Source of the DNA: Mobula hypostoma
Lineage: Eukaryota
Direction: 5' to 3'
Assembly: GCF_963921235.1 (NCBI RefSeq)
Contig: NC_086124.1
Coordinates: forward strand, 27,776,001-27,840,000
DNA length: 64,000 nt
The number at the start of each line of letters is the position of its first letter. Positions within the stretch are counted from its first letter, which is position 1. Both the position numbers and the translations under genes were made by a program. Positions 35,101 through 50,100 of this stretch are shown piece after piece. The notes under the pieces were generated by a model. The model saw nothing but the letters and a program-made list of their open reading frames with translations, was not told where the DNA came from and did no database searches.

Positions 35101-38100
35101 AAAGCCTTTCTGAATACATTGCAGAACTGCACGAACTTTCCCAGTACTGTGACTTTAGAGAGGGACTTTCTGATGCATCAAGGGACAGGCTTGTATGTGG
35201 CAGGCATGGTCAAAGCACCCAAATGGGGCTACTGGCAGAAATGGACCTACCCTCAGAACAGGTATTGACCATTGCGATATCTTTAGAGACTGCAGCAAAG
35301 GAGTTTAGAATGTGAAATGTTTAAAATGTCCTTGAAATGTGCAGAAAGCCAGAATTGTTATCAATGTGGCAAATCCTCCCATGATACACACACAAAATGC
35401 TGGAGGAGTTCAGCAGCCCAGGCAGTAACTATAGAAAAGAATACAGTCGATGCGGCGTCAGAGGAAGAAAGTGGAGGGAGGGGAGGAAGACATACAAGGT
35501 GATAGGTGAAACCGGGCTGGTTGGGGTGGGGGGGGGGGGAATGAAACAGAAGGTGATAGATGAAACTGGAAGTGAGGTGGGGTGGTGAAGTAAGGAGCTG
35601 GGAAGTTGGTTGGTGGAGGAGATACAGGACTGGAGAAGGGGAAATCTGACGGGAGAGGACAGAAGACCATGGAAGAAAGAAAAGAGGGAGGAGCACCAGA
35701 GGGAGGTGATAAGCAGGTAAGAAGGTGAGATGGAAAAGGGAAATGGGAATGGAAAATAGTGGTGAGGAAGTCTGAGAAATCGATATTCATGCCATCAGGT
35801 TGGAGGCTACCCAGATGGAATATAAGGTGTTCCCCCTCACTGTAACAGTAGAGGAGGCCATGGAATGACATGCTGGAAAGGGAAGTGGAGTTAAAAATGG
35901 GTGGCCACTGGGAAATCCCGGCTTTTTCTGGCAGAGGGAGGTGCTTGGCAAAGCAGTCTCCCAACCTGCGGCAGATCTCACCAATGTAAAGGAGGCCACA
36001 CTGGGAGAACCGCATACGGTAGATTGACCCCAAAAGACACAGGTGAAGTGTTGCCTCATCTGCAAGGACTGTTTGTGACCTTGGGTGGTAGGGAGGGAGG
36101 AGGTGTAGGGGCGGGTGTAGCACTCATTCCACTTGCAAGGATAAGTGCCAGGTGGGAGATCAGTTGGGAGGGGCAAATGGACAAAAGAGTTGCATAGGAA
36201 ATGATCCCTGCGAAAGCAGAAAGTAGGTGGGGTGAGGGAAAGAGGTGCTTGTTGGTGGGATCCCGTTGGAGATGGCGGAAGTTATGGAGAATTACGTGCT
36301 GGATATGGAGGCTGGTGGGGTGGTAGGTGAGGACAAGAGGAACCTATCCCTGGTAGGGTGGGGTGAGGGCAGATGTGTGCGAAATGGTGGAGGAAAGGAA
36401 GACCCTTATTTTAAAGAAGGAGGTCACCTTTGTTCTGGGATAAAAAGCCTCATCCTGAGAGCAGATGTGGCAGAGAAGAGGAATTGAGAGAAGGGGAAGG
36501 CATTTTTACAAGTAACAGGGTGGGAAGAGGGGATTGTCCATGTAGCTGTCAAGAGTCAGGGGGTTTATAGTCGGTATCAGTAGATAAGCTGTCTTAAGAG
36601 ATATGGACAGAGGGAAATGGATGAGGTAAATTCGAGGGCAGGGTGGAAGTGGAGGCGAAGTTGATGAAGTCAACGACCTCAGCACAGGTGCAGGAAGCAG
36701 CACCAATGCAGTCATCGATGTAGTGTAGGAAAAGTTGGGGAGTAAAAGTTTCCCTTTGCATCGTCTCTGTTGTAATAACGAGACTTTTGATTTGTGTTAG
36801 GGAGAATACGTTAAGAGGAGTGTCCTTTTTCGTAAATTTTTCTGGTACTTCTGAGAAAATTAAAGAAATTTGGCCTGTCCCCTAAAACCCTCACTAATCT
36901 TTATAGATGCACCGTAGAAAGCATTCTTCTAGGGTGCATCACAACCTGGTATGGAAGTTGTCCTGTCCAAGACCGGAAGAAGCTGCAGAAGATCGTGAAC
37001 ACGGCGCAGCACATCACACAAACCAACCTTCCGTCCTTGGACTCACTTCACACCGCACGCTGTCGGAGCAGTGCTGCCAGGATAATCAAGGACACGACCC
37101 ACCCAGCCAACAAACTTTTCATCCCTCTTCCCTCCGGGAGAAGGATCAGGAGCTTGAAGACTCGTACGGCCAGATTTGGGAACAGCTTCTTTCCAACTGT
37201 GATAAGACTGCTGAACGGATCCTGACCCGGATCTGGGCCGTACCCTCCAAATATCTGGACCTGCCTCTCGGTTTTTTTTGCACTACCTTACTTCCCATTT
37301 TTCTGTTTTCTATTTATGATTTATAATTTAATTTTTTGATATTTACTATCGATTTGTAATTCAGGGAGCGGGAAGCGCAGAATCAAATATCGCTGTGATG
37401 ATTGTACGTTCTAGTGTCAATTGTTTGGCGACAATAAAGTATAAAGTATAAAGTATACTTCCTTTTCCAAGGGCAAAGGGGACAATCCATGATTAGTCAT
37501 CCTCTTGAATTCGACCTTGCAACTGTGTCCTCCAAGAAACGGGGCCCATCTCTGCATTTGTGCTGCTGCTGGTGGAACACCCTCGATGATCAGTAACTAG
37601 GGTAAGCCCTCTCCCACACAAATGTTGAAATGTTTCACACCTCAAAGCAGATTCAAGGTCCCTCTGTCAATCTGTGTGCAATTTTTCTCTGCACCTATAC
37701 CAAAAGGCAAGGCACCACAGGCAAGATTCACTGGACTATGTGGATTGTAATGTGTGACTACAGTGTCTGACGCTACCATTTCCTTTAGCTTTTTGAAAGC
37801 AACCAAGCACTGCTTCCTGCAGGAATGAGTTGGAAGGGTGGAACACAATAGCCAGGTTTGGCAGGAACCAGTTACTGTAGTTGATGAATCCTAAAAGGAC
37901 CAAAACTGTGACACATCCTTTCACCTTGGGGCATTCTCCACTGCTTCAATTTTCTCAGCACCCTTGTGCAATCTTAGAGTGTCAGTGTTTGATCGCAGTA
38001 AGTGATGCTTGGTTTTAAAAATTCGTGCTTGTCGCACTGTGCTCTGAGCCCATAATCTTCTAATCTTTTTAACACTCTCTTCAGGATTTGGACATGTTCC

Positions 38101-41100
38101 TGTTATACTTACCGGTAACAATGATGTCATCCAGGTAACACCGAGTGCTTGGACAACCTTGCAGTATCTGGTTCATGGCTCTCTGCCAGAGTGCAGCTGC
38201 AGATGGCACTCCAAAAATAAGCCTATTATAGTGATAAAGCCCTTTGTGAGTGTTTATGGTGAGAAAGACTTTGGAGTCATCTTCTATCTCTGTCTGCAGG
38301 TAGGCCTCAGGTAAGTCCACTTTGCTGAAGTGTTTTCCTCCAGAAGGGTTTGTAAAGATATCCTCCATCCTAGGCAGAGGGTATTGATCTACTTTCAGTT
38401 CTTGGTTGATGGTGACCTTAAAATCACCACAGATCCTGACAGACCCATTATTCTTGTCTACTCGGACCACTAGCGTTGCCATGGGCTCCACTCAACCTTG
38501 GAAAGAATTCCTTCAGCTTCCATGTGATCCAGTTCACTGGTGCTTCATCACGGATGGTAGAAGCAAGTGGACGGGCCTTGCAAAACTTGGGCGTGACATT
38601 TTCATTTAACACTATTTTATCCCTGATATGTTTGAGTTTTCCAATCCCATCCTTGTCACCAATGTTATGCTTTGTATCTTCAAAGCCTTAAACTAATTGA
38701 AAGAAAGACATGCGTGTCTAACTTCGAGTTTACTTCAATCAAGGCACGCGTGAACCACGTGGTAGTGTGATTGCGCATGCAGTTAGCGTGTTTATACATG
38801 AAACAGTCTGGTTTCCTCAGTCTAAGCAAGACAATCTCCGGCCCCGCCAAATGTCTGCGACTGAGTCACGAGCCCACCCCGTAACTTCCTGTTCATGGGG
38901 GGGTGGATGCTGTGTAATTCATTACCCTGTCACAAATGAGAGCCACAGAATGACAGACAGTACACTGTATACTTCATATAGGCTTTGTATTTATCATATC
39001 ATTCCTGCTTTTACTATATGTTAGTGTTATTTATTTTCGATTTTATGTGTTATTTGGTATGATTTGGTAGGTTATTTTTTGGGTCTGGGAACGCTCAAAA
39101 GTTTTTCCCATATAAATTAATGGTAATTGCTTCTTCACTTCACACCACTTTGGCACGAAAGGTTTCATAGGAACGCTCTACCTTAGTGGGGGAAATACGG
39201 GACAAGGGCAGTCCCATATGGGACAAACCAAATTAGCCCAATATACGAGATGTCCCGGTAAATACGGGACTGTATTTGACCCTATGTTCAAGTTCAACAG
39301 TGCGTGACAGGGAATGAGGAAAGGTGCAGCTGACTCATATCGTTTCCTCACGGCCCGGTAGCACATGCTTTGTGGCCCGGTACCAGTCCGTGGCCCGGTA
39401 GTTGGGGACCGCTGCTATAGCCCATCCACTTCAAGGTTCAACATGTTGTGCGTTCAGAGATGCTCTTCTGCACACCACTGTTGTTACATGTGGTTATTTG
39501 AATTACTGTTGCCTTCCTGTCAGCTTGAACCAGTCTGGCCATTCTCCTCTGACCTCTCTCATCAACAAGGCATCTTCACCCACAGAACTGCCGTTCTCTG
39601 GATGTTTTTTGTTTTTCACACCAATCTCTGTAGACCGTTGAACATGAAAATCCCAAGAGACCAGCAGTTTCTGAGGTACTCAAGCCACCCCGTCTGGCAC
39701 CAACAATCATTCCACGGTCAAAGTCACTTAAAGCATTAACAGAATGCAGAATAATGTGTTACAGTCACAAGGACAGTGCCGAGCAGGGAAACAATAAGCT
39801 GCAAAGCCACAATGAGGTAGATTGTGAGGTCAAGAGTCCATCTTATCATACTAGGGATCCGGTCATTAGTCTTAACGCAGTGGGATAGAGTGCCTGATGG
39901 GCGGGGGAGATTATGTTGGCTGCTTCACCAAGGCAGTGAGTATCTTCTGCCATTGGGGAGGAGCTGCAGGAGCTGAGGATATAAATGAATACCTCCAGAT
40001 GTCACAGAGATACGATGAGTGGAGAACTTGCATTTAAAACAGAAAATTGTTGGGATTTTCATGGAAATAAAACTCACCGAATGTTCCCGAGATGTCGGAG
40101 TCCAGCTTTGCATTCTGTGAAGGAAGAACAAATGAGATTAAATATTGAGATTACTGTGATTTAAAAAAAAAACATGAAACATTTCACAATGTGTTTGGTG
40201 GAGAAGATGCTGAGCAAGGATTCTCAGGTGCGGAGTGCCGATTAAAAGTTCACGGTCAAGGGAGGAATGTTGTCCAAGTTCCCTAGCAGATTCTGTTGTT
40301 ACTCACAATGCTTTCAGGAATTTGGTTTCAAGCTGGTTTTTCATGTGAAAGATAATATCGGGAACCATGGAAAACTCTCTCTCTTGAGAGAAAGTCTGTC
40401 AATTTAGTCCACATTCCATCAGTCTCAATCACATTCCATCAGTTTCATCCATATTCCAGCAGTCTAATCCAAATTCTGTTAGTGTAGTTCATGTTCTATC
40501 AATCTCGTCTAGTCTGCATATAGTCAGTCTGATCTAAATTCCATTAGCCTGGTCCACACTTCATGAGAATCAGATGAATCAGGTTTGTTATCAGCGGCAT
40601 GTGACGTGAAATTTGTTAACTTAGCAGCAGCAGTTTAATACAATACATAATCCAGCAGCGAGGGAGAAAAAATAATAATAAATAAAAATAAAACATAATA
40701 AACTAACAAGTAAATCAATTATGTATATTGAATAGATTATTTAAAAAATGTGAAGAAACAGAAATACTGTGTATTAAAAAAAAGTGAGGTTGTGTCCAAA
40801 GCTTCAATGTCCATCTAGGAATCGGATGGCAGAGGGGAAGAAGCTGTTCCTGAATCGCTGAGTGTGTGCCTTCAGGCTTCTGTATCTCCTACCTGATGGT
40901 AACAGTGAGAAAAGCACATGCCCTGGGTGCTGGAGGTCTTTAATAATGGATGCTGCCTTTCTGAGACACCGCTCCCTAAAGATGTCCTGGATACCTTGTA
41001 GGCTAGGGGGCTAGTGCCCAAGATGGAGCTGACTAGATTTACAACCTTCTGCAGCTTCTTTCGGTCCTGTGCAGTAGCCCCTCCATACCAGACAGTGATG

Positions 41101-44100
41101 CAGGCTATCAGAATGCTCTCTACGGTACAACTGTAGAAGTTCTTGAGTGTATTTGCTGACATGCCAAATCACTTCAAACTCCAAATTCTATCAGTCTGGT
41201 CCACGTACCATCAATCTAGAATATGTTCCATCAATCAGTCACCGCTGATTAACAGAAACCCTTTCTCCAGTCCTGCTGAAGGGTTTTGGCCCGAAATGTC
41301 GACTGTACTTTTTTCCATAGATGCTGCCTGGCCTGCTGAGCTCCTCCAGCATTTTGTATGGGTTGCTCGTATTTCTAGCATCTGCAGATTTTCTCTTGTT
41401 TGTGATTCAATAACTTGCAGTGTTCTGTTCTCCAATTCCTTCACAGCTCCTACCCATACCAGAGCCTTCATGCAGAAGAAACGGGGTCAAATGTACCTGG
41501 TGTGCACGGCCAGGAACTTCTTCCCCCGGGACATTAAAGTGCACTGGGTCAGAAACGGGGAAGTCGCTGACAATGGATCAGACACGACCAACGTTGTCCC
41601 TCAAAGCAATGGAGCCTTTCAAGTTAGGAGCGTCCGCCCCCTGGATGGAGACAGCTGGGGGTACGTCTGTCAGGTGGAACACGAGGCAGTTGATGGGAAG
41701 TTGCAGATACCTCTTGGTAAGAACAGCGAGTTGGGGAAATGTCGACTGATGTGATAAAAAACATTGATATCTACTTGATGACACAGAATCCCTCATCGTC
41801 CCTTTCTGTCCCCAAGTAAGTCCCAATAGCTTGAGACCTCTCTCATTGTCTATGCTACTGGCAATTATTATCATCAAGTCATACAGCTGAATACAAGGCC
41901 ATTCAGCCCAACACATCCATACTAACTAACAATCACCAGTACACACCGACTCTCCTCACTGAGGCTCATCCCCTTTTTTGGCGGAGAATCTTGTGAGATC
42001 CTGAGATTCTGAGAGCGATGTCGGTGGGAGCTTGGCTCCTGGTAGGGTCACCCATTGTGGTGAGGGTGGGGGGAGATTCCAGATAAGTGGCAGATGGAGT
42101 TTAACCCAGCTTGATGTGAGGTATTGCATCTTGGTAGGGCAAATGTAAGGCGACAGTACACCGTGTTGCTGAGTAGAGAGATCTTGGGATTCAAGTTCTT
42201 AGGACTTTGAAAGTGACTACACAGGTGGTTACGAAGGCTTATGGAATGCTTGCTTTTATTAGTCAAGACATTGAGTTCAAAGGTCAAGAGGTTATGTTGC
42301 ATAAACTCTGGTTAGGCCACATCTGGACTACCGCATACAGATCTCATCATCAGGAAAGATGTTGAGGCTTTGGAGAGGGTGCAGAAGAGGTTTACCAGAA
42401 TGCCGCCTGGTTTAGAGAGCATGTGCTATCATGGAAAGCTGGGCAAACTTGGGTTGTTTTCTCTGGAGTAGCAGAGGCTGAGGGGAGATCTGAGAGAGGT
42501 TTACAAGATTATGAGCAGCAGAGATGGAGTGGACGGGGGGGGGGGGATGAGTACCTGTTTCCCAGGGTTGAAATGTCTAATTCCAGAGGGCATGCATTGT
42601 AGGTGAGAGGGGCTAGGTTCACGGGGGATATGAGGGGTAGTGTTTTACTCAGAGTTGTGGACGCCTGGAATGCGCTGCCTGGTATGGGGGTAGAGGCAAA
42701 TACATTAGAGGCTTTTAAGAGATGTTTGGAGAGGCACATGGATGTAATGGAGATAGAAGGATATGGACATGGTATAGGTCGGAGGGATTAGTGTTTGATG
42801 TGCTTTTTAGTTGGTTCAGCACAACATTGTGGGCCAAAGGGCCTGTTACTGTACTGTCCTATGTTCTAAAGAGCATTTCAACTGAGATCTCAGTGGTGGA
42901 GCTGGCGGAAGATGATAACACATGGCAGCAGCAATGAAGGCGGGGGAAGGCTGCAGTGGTGAAGGATCCCCAGTCGTTTTGCATTCCAGGCCACGGGACC
43001 CTGACCCCGATCTGTCAAGGACCATGTGGTGGCTGCCAGTGCATCAGCCTCCCCACACAGAGCCACTCCTAGATGATCTCCTTTAGACCATAAGACAAAG
43101 GAGCAGAAGTCGGCCATTCGGCCCATCGGGTCTGCTCCACCATTTTATCATGAGCTGATCCATTCTCCCATTTAGTCCCACTCCCCCGCCTTCTCATCAT
43201 AACCTTTGATGCCCTGGCTACTCGGATACCTATCAATCTCTGCCTTAAATACACCCAATGACTTGGCCTCCACTGCTGCCCATGGCAACAAATTCCATAG
43301 ATTCACCACCCTCTGACTAAAAAAATTTCTTCGCATTTCTGTTCTGAATAGGCGCCCTTCAATCCTGAAGTCATGCCCTCTCGTACTAGACTCCTCCATC
43401 ATGGGAAACAACTTTACCACAACCACACTGTCCATGCCTTTCACCATTGGAAATGTTTCTATGAAGTCTCCCCTCGTTCTTCGAAACTCCAAGGAGTACA
43501 GTCCAAGAGCGGACAAACGTTCCTCACATGTTAACCCTCTCATTCCCGGAATCATTCTAGTGAATCTTCTCTGTACCCTCTCCAACGTCAGCACATCCTT
43601 TCTTAAATAAGGAGACCAAAAATGCCCACAGCACTCCAAGTGAGGTCTCACCAGCGCCTTATAGAGCCTCAGCATCACATCCCTGCTCCTATACTCTATT
43701 CCTCTAGAAATGAATGCCAACATTGCATTCGCCTTCTTCACTACCGACTCAACCTGGAGATTAACCTTAAGGGTATCCTGCACGAGGACTCCCAAGTCCC
43801 GTTGCATCTCAGAACTTTGAATTCTCTCCCCATTTAAATAATAGTCTGCCCGTTTATTTTTTCTGCCGAAGTGCATAACCATACACTTTCCAACATTGTA
43901 CTTCATTTGCCACTTCTCTGCCCATTCTTCCAATCTATCCAAGTCTCTCTGCAGACTCTCCGTTTCCTCAGCACTACCGGCCCCTCCACCTATCTTCATA
44001 TCGTCAGCAAACTTAGTCACAAAGCCATCTATTCCATAATCCAAATCGTTGATGTACAATGTAAAAAGAAGCGGCCCCAACACGGACCCCTGTGGAACAC

Positions 44101-47100
44101 CACTGGTAAATGTCAGCCAACCAGAATAGGATCCCTTTATTCCCACCCTCTGTTTCCTGCCAATCAGCCAACGCTCTATCCACGTATGTAACTTTCCCGT
44201 AATTCCATGGGCTCTTATCTTGTTAAGTAGCCTCATATGTGGCACCTTGTCAAAGGCCTTCTGAAAATCCAAATATACAACATCCACTGCATCTCCCTTG
44301 TCTAGCCTACCGGTAGAGAGAACAACTTTGAGAGAACAACCACTTGAGGGAACATCTTACTTGACTCGAGTGATTACCCTTCTACCAATTCTCTTTACAG
44401 GGATTTGGATCGTAGCCTCCTATGTCTTGCCAACTCAGATGCAATCGGTACAAAGTTATCGTCACTTGAATGAGCCAATCCCTCCTGCCTTGTGAGAAAC
44501 ACACGAGGGAAATTAAATTTTACAACAGTCTCATTGGAGACTGGATAATTTCCCCACCCCCAAGTGGAAATGGACAATGCTCCTGCTCTCCCCTCTCTAA
44601 CTCAAACACGTCTAGCACATCAGCCATCTTGTCAGCAGAATAAGAACCTAGAACCTAGTGGGACTAGGTGAGAGTAAGAGTTCGGCACGGACTAGAAGGG
44701 CCGAGATGGCCTGTTTCCATGCTGTAATTGTTATGTGGTTAAAATCAATCCAACCCTTCCCTTTCACAGAGCCCTCCATTTTACTATCATCTATGCGCCG
44801 ATTTAAGACTCCTAAATGCTCCTAATGTATCTGCCTCTACTACCACCCCATGCACAAACACTCTCTGTGTAAAAAGTCTCACCTCTGACACTCCCCTATA
44901 CTTTTCTCCAATCACCTTCAAGTTGTGCCTCCTCATAGTAGCCAGTTCCACCTTGGCTACTCGATCTAGGCCTCTTATCACCATATACGCCTCTACACCT
45001 CTTCTCCTCCTTTGCTCCAAAGAGAAAACCCTGAGATTGCTCAGCCTATCCTCAGAAGGTATGCCCTCCAATCTGGGCAGCATCCTGGTAAATCTCCTCT
45101 GCACCCTCTCTAAAGCTTCCACACCCCTTCAGTGTTCAGTGACTGGAACCGAACACAATACTCCAAAATTAAGATTATTGTGCATCATATTGAACTGAGT
45201 CACAGTGTAATCCCCTTGTCTGTGCAATTGTTTGCATCTCCCTATGGTTCAACACCAAACTGCGCTGAGACAGATTAACAGAGTTTTATTGTACATACAG
45301 ACACACCTAGGATGGTGGGGTGGATGTATGTCTCTGCCAAAGGAGGTGTGAGACAGTCCTTCCCTCTGCTAGTCTGCAGGTCACCCTTGGGCAAATGTAG
45401 CATCTGCTTAGCCCCCCGATCAGGGTCACGTGAAACCATGGGAGCAGGTGGTGGATGGTTGTGTGAAAAGCCAGTGCAGATCACAAGTCCTGGTTATGCA
45501 ACCACTGACACCAGGCAGACACTCTCTGAAGAGTACTGATAATGGCTGGGGTCACTCGTCTTGTAAAGACAATAAGAAACCGCTTCTGTAGAAATATTTG
45601 CCAAGAGCGATTGTGGTCATGAAAGGGCCATGATTGCCCACGTCATACGACACGGCACATAACGAACAGACAGTCCCATCAGAATTATTTTGGCATTAGA
45701 CGATACATTGGGGAACAGTGCTGCTAGATTTTCAGAAAAATTACCCAGACATCGCAAAATCTCCAACGTTTTCTCCTCAGAACACAACGCACTGGTTGAG
45801 AATGAAGATTTGATCATTGTTGGAGTTGTTCTGGGGGTACTCGGGCTGTGCGCAATGGTGGTGACTGGAAGCTTGTACTACTGCTCCTCAGAGGGTAAGT
45901 GGCTGCAAGACTTACAGAGAGACTCAGGGAACAGTCACCGGACTGTTTTCTGCTAAAGTGCTTCAAGAAAGGATCAAACTTGTTTTTGATGAACCACCGG
46001 GGAGCCACTCCCATGGAGCACCTTCTCTGGGTCCATCACCAGAGGCAGGGTTTCCCAGTGGCCACCCATTTCAATCCCACTTCCCATTCGGACTTCCTCC
46101 CATCTAGAGCGGAGAGCTGACCAGCTGCATCACGGCCTGGCGTGGAAACCCCAGTGCCCAGGACTGGAGAGGCCAACAGAACGAGGAGGATACAGCCCAG
46201 TGGTTCCTTAAGGTTGCCATAGCCGGGGTGGGCCAAGGTGGGGATGAGCTCCCACTACCCATTACGTGGCCTCAGTCATGGCGAAGACTAGGCCGGAAGC
46301 CACAGTGTCACCTGTTAGCAGCTGCCCAGGGGGAGTGTCCATGATGGGGTGTCTATGCTTGAGTCAGGGTTGCCATCCCCTCCCCCCTTTCCCCATCCCT
46401 CCTGCACATCCCCAGTGATTTTTGGACAGAAGACAAGCCATACTGTACTCGACTGCAGACTGCTGCAATGTTCATGGACCCAGGGGCTTGGACTACCCTT
46501 TTTGGGTGATTGTATTTTACTGCTATCTTACGGTACTGTGAAAAAGCCCTCGGCACGTATAGGCGCGGAAGACGTTTGCACGGTGGATTTGTCAATGTGG
46601 AGTGGACAGCGAGTTTGTAAATCTGGCGGGAGCAAAGGATGTTGGGAGTGGTGAGGGTGGCGTGTGGGACAGGTGGCAGAGAAGGAGTTGCCAGGGGAGG
46701 GAGAGGGGTGGCATGGATGCAGACACACCCAGCCCTGAGACACCAGGCAAGGTTATTTGATTCTAAACAATTGGTTTATTTATCATTACAGAACGACTCT
46801 CCTGTGCTTCCCGCTCCCTCCCCTCTCCCTTCCCCTTTCCCCAACCATGATTCCCCTCTCCCCGTCCCCTTCCCACTCTCACTCCACAATAGAGATCCAC
46901 ATCAGAATTATGAAATCATGTCATGAAATTATATTTTTTTGCAGCAATATATAAAATTACTACAGTACTGTGCAAATGTCTTAGGCACTCTAGCGATATA
47001 TATGAGTGATTCTTCAATTAGCGGCCCTTTTGACTACTTGAAATTCTGAAAAATGAAATTTCTGGAAACTCTGTTTGCTTTATATTATAATCTTTATTTT

Positions 47101-50100
47101 AGGCTCTGGAATGAAGACCTGACCTTGGCATTGATCAACCTTTAAGAGAACTTTTCTATTTTAAGGGTTTTTTGCAGAGTTTTCATGCATGCGTGTCATT
47201 ATCATCACACCCTCAAAATTTAAAACAAAATGACATCAGATTTCAAAGTCAATCCTGCACCTAAAAAACATGCTCTTTAATAAGTTTGTTTTAATTAATT
47301 GCTCAGTACATTCGGTATATACTTTTGAGATATATTTTCCTATATATATTTTCCTTGACTGAACAATGAAACATTTGCTCACTAATTAGACTTTCGGGAT
47401 TATAACAGAATGCTGATTTTGGCACCAATGCACTTGACTGCAGCAAATAACTTCAGTTACTAAACAAAACTTTATTTCCATATCAAAATACGTTTTGTGA
47501 TGGTAATGAGAAAATACTTTTGACATTGATAAAGAATGGTTTTAGTTTAACATTATCTCTGACAAAACATCTGTCCAACTGGAATAAACAACACATAATT
47601 AAAACGACATCTGTACAGTCTGCACTTTTTAACAAAATTACGTAAGAGATCAGTTTCTAAGGCAGACAGCTAGAGAAATTTGTTAAAAACACCCACATGA
47701 AAAATGAGCATAGGCAGTCCAGCTAATCTAGGAATTGTTAGGTGTTGTTTAAAAAAAAACACAATAATACTTATAAAGCATCTGCTGAACTCTCCCCAAC
47801 TCTGGAATAAGCAACAATTTGAGCTTCAAACAGATTATACAGATCATTATTTTACAACGGGCCATACGAGAGAACACTTTTTTTTAACATTGACAAAACA
47901 CTTACTCAACCCTCTACACACTTCTTTTTATCAGTAAAACTTATGAAACATTCACAGAAATCTCAACAACTCTGAAAAAAGCAACACTTGGAATTTAAAG
48001 GATCTTCTTATAGTCCCCATTAGTGCATAGGTGAAGCCTCAGGAAGACGGAGGTCATTTTGTTCTTGTTGCTGGCCTGCTGGAGATTTTGGCGGGGTATT
48101 CCCTGCTACAAAACTTTGTACTGCCTGTCTTTTCTTATCAGCAGCCCTTTTGAATCTTTGATTAACTCTCCACTGTCATCTCTTCAGTCTCTGCTTTGGT
48201 AATTGTGAGATGATCTTAAGTTTTGCTGTCTCCCTTTTTTTTTGTACCTTTCTCCTTCTCTTTCAAGGGACTGCTGATATATCACTAGATCTTTAATTGT
48301 CTCTGTATTATTTTTTGATTGCTCTGCTGATGATTTTGAGGCCATCTTGAAAACTTCACCGCCAGTTGCGTGATGGTAATGACGGCTCTCACTTTCTAAA
48401 GAAAACGTTGACCGAGTCTCACACTTGCTAACTCGACTGGATAGATAGCTTGTAAACATAATTTAAATATGCAGAAATAAATGAAGCTTTTATTTCCCAG
48501 TTAAAACATTGAAATAGTAACTTGCTTGGTAATTACACATAATAAAAATACACTCAGATCAGGAGGTATAAATCCTTAAATTACTCTTACTTCTGCCATG
48601 ACTGTCACTTCTCATTTCCATGGCAGTTGTTTGAAAGAACTTGGCTGGTCTCTAAAATGTATTGCGTGTTGGTAATGACAGAAGTGTTGGGGCCAGTGGT
48701 CCTTTGTCATAAGAAATGTACGAATTGTATAAAAAATTAACCCACATGAATTTGACATCTGTTTTCAAAGTTCTGGTGAGAAAATACAAACTAAAAGTTT
48801 CATGAATTTAATACTTATTATTACTTTATTTTGAAGACAAGGGTTACAAAGTCTGGTAGGGGACATGTCCAAAATAGTGAAATTCTTGCACATTCAAGTT
48901 TTTAAAAATTAAGAAAATATTGTTTATGAAGCATACTGAAAAAGTTTAGAATTACCGTCACCTAACTTTTAAAACCACAGCACTCGTTTTTTTTAAAACT
49001 ATTTTTTTCTTGAAAATCTACCCCAGGGACAGAAAAGTTACTCTAATTAAGGAATCACCCACGTACCTAAAACTTTTGCACAGTACTGTATATGTGCTAT
49101 ATGTACCTTGGGCTGCGTACGACTGTTGGTGCTATGTTTTGCACCTTGGATCCAGGGTAACGCTGTTTCGTCTGGCTGTATTGACGTATGGTTGAATGAC
49201 AATTCAACTTGAACTTGAAATGCTCCCAGTGGTGTGTGTCTGAAGTAGCCTCTGACATTCAGCTCCAGCTCCCGGCCTTCCTGTGTGGCTTAGCTACTAA
49301 GCCCAGTGGAACCATTTTTACTGACAGCAGAAGGGGCAAAGGCGGGTTGCTGGCGCCTGAAAACTGGTTGCTCTAGGCTTGTCAGCCATGGCTGGCAGCT
49401 CATCTAGGAGAAGGAAAACTCTGATCTTAAACCTCTGCTGTACCCACTCACCAGGAAGGAAGGCTTTGGGAGTAAACTCCCGAGGAAAAATCTGGAGCTG
49501 GAGTCATCGTGGCAGTCCTATGTTGAGTTCAATAACGACTGTGATATCACTGGTGCCAAAACATATCGGTCTCTACTGTTCCCTTGGATTCACCCGCTGC
49601 ATGGGAGGGGAGGAGAGCCTGCTGCACAGGCAACAACTTGCTCTCCATATCGTACTGCCCTGGGTTGTCCATCTAGGACACAAAGTCAATGGTCGATCCC
49701 AAAGAAACGAGGGCCTCCCATAGCCCAGTCCATCGCAGGATAGGCCCTCCCCAGCATCGAACACATTTACAAGGAGTGCTAGCACAAATAAGCAGCATCC
49801 ATTATCAAGGATCCCCACCATCCAGGCCACGTTCTCTTCTTGCTGCTGATATTGGGAATGAGCCTCAGGACCCACACCACCAGGTTCAGGGACAGTTGTT
49901 AACCCCTCAGCCATCAGGCTCCCGAACCAGTGTGGAAAACTTCATTCACCTCAGCGCTGAACTGATCACTGAACACGGATCTGTGGACTCACGCTCAAGG
50001 AGTCTACAGCTCATGTTCTCAGTATTACTTATTTGTTTGTTGTGTGGCCCTCATTGTTTACTGCTATTGTGTGGTGCCTTTGGGATGACACCATTTGTAG

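Larger units (their letters stand above)
30693..35375 (+). mobile_element. Gypsy LTR-retrotransposon gag remnant, split by the hAT insertion (30693-30826 and 34949-35375)
   Basis: MASAGRIDEFDL... before the insertion continues after it as VYGLLHSLLTPAKP...LVIAERFRFYKR...RDRLVCG...CYQCGKSSH (zinc knuckle). Confidence 0.8.

Noticed and set aside
43172-44287. 371-aa ORF as a cellular gene or active element
   Set aside because: 5'-truncated CR1 ORF2 lacking the endonuclease and RT N-terminus.
23055-45894. Classical MHC class II beta or class I heavy chain
   Set aside because: Only one distal-domain exon was found, so not class I. It lacks the class II beta2 NGDW Trp and has class I-like YAYDG and PxxxGxFQ, and the partner has a b2m-like DWTF.
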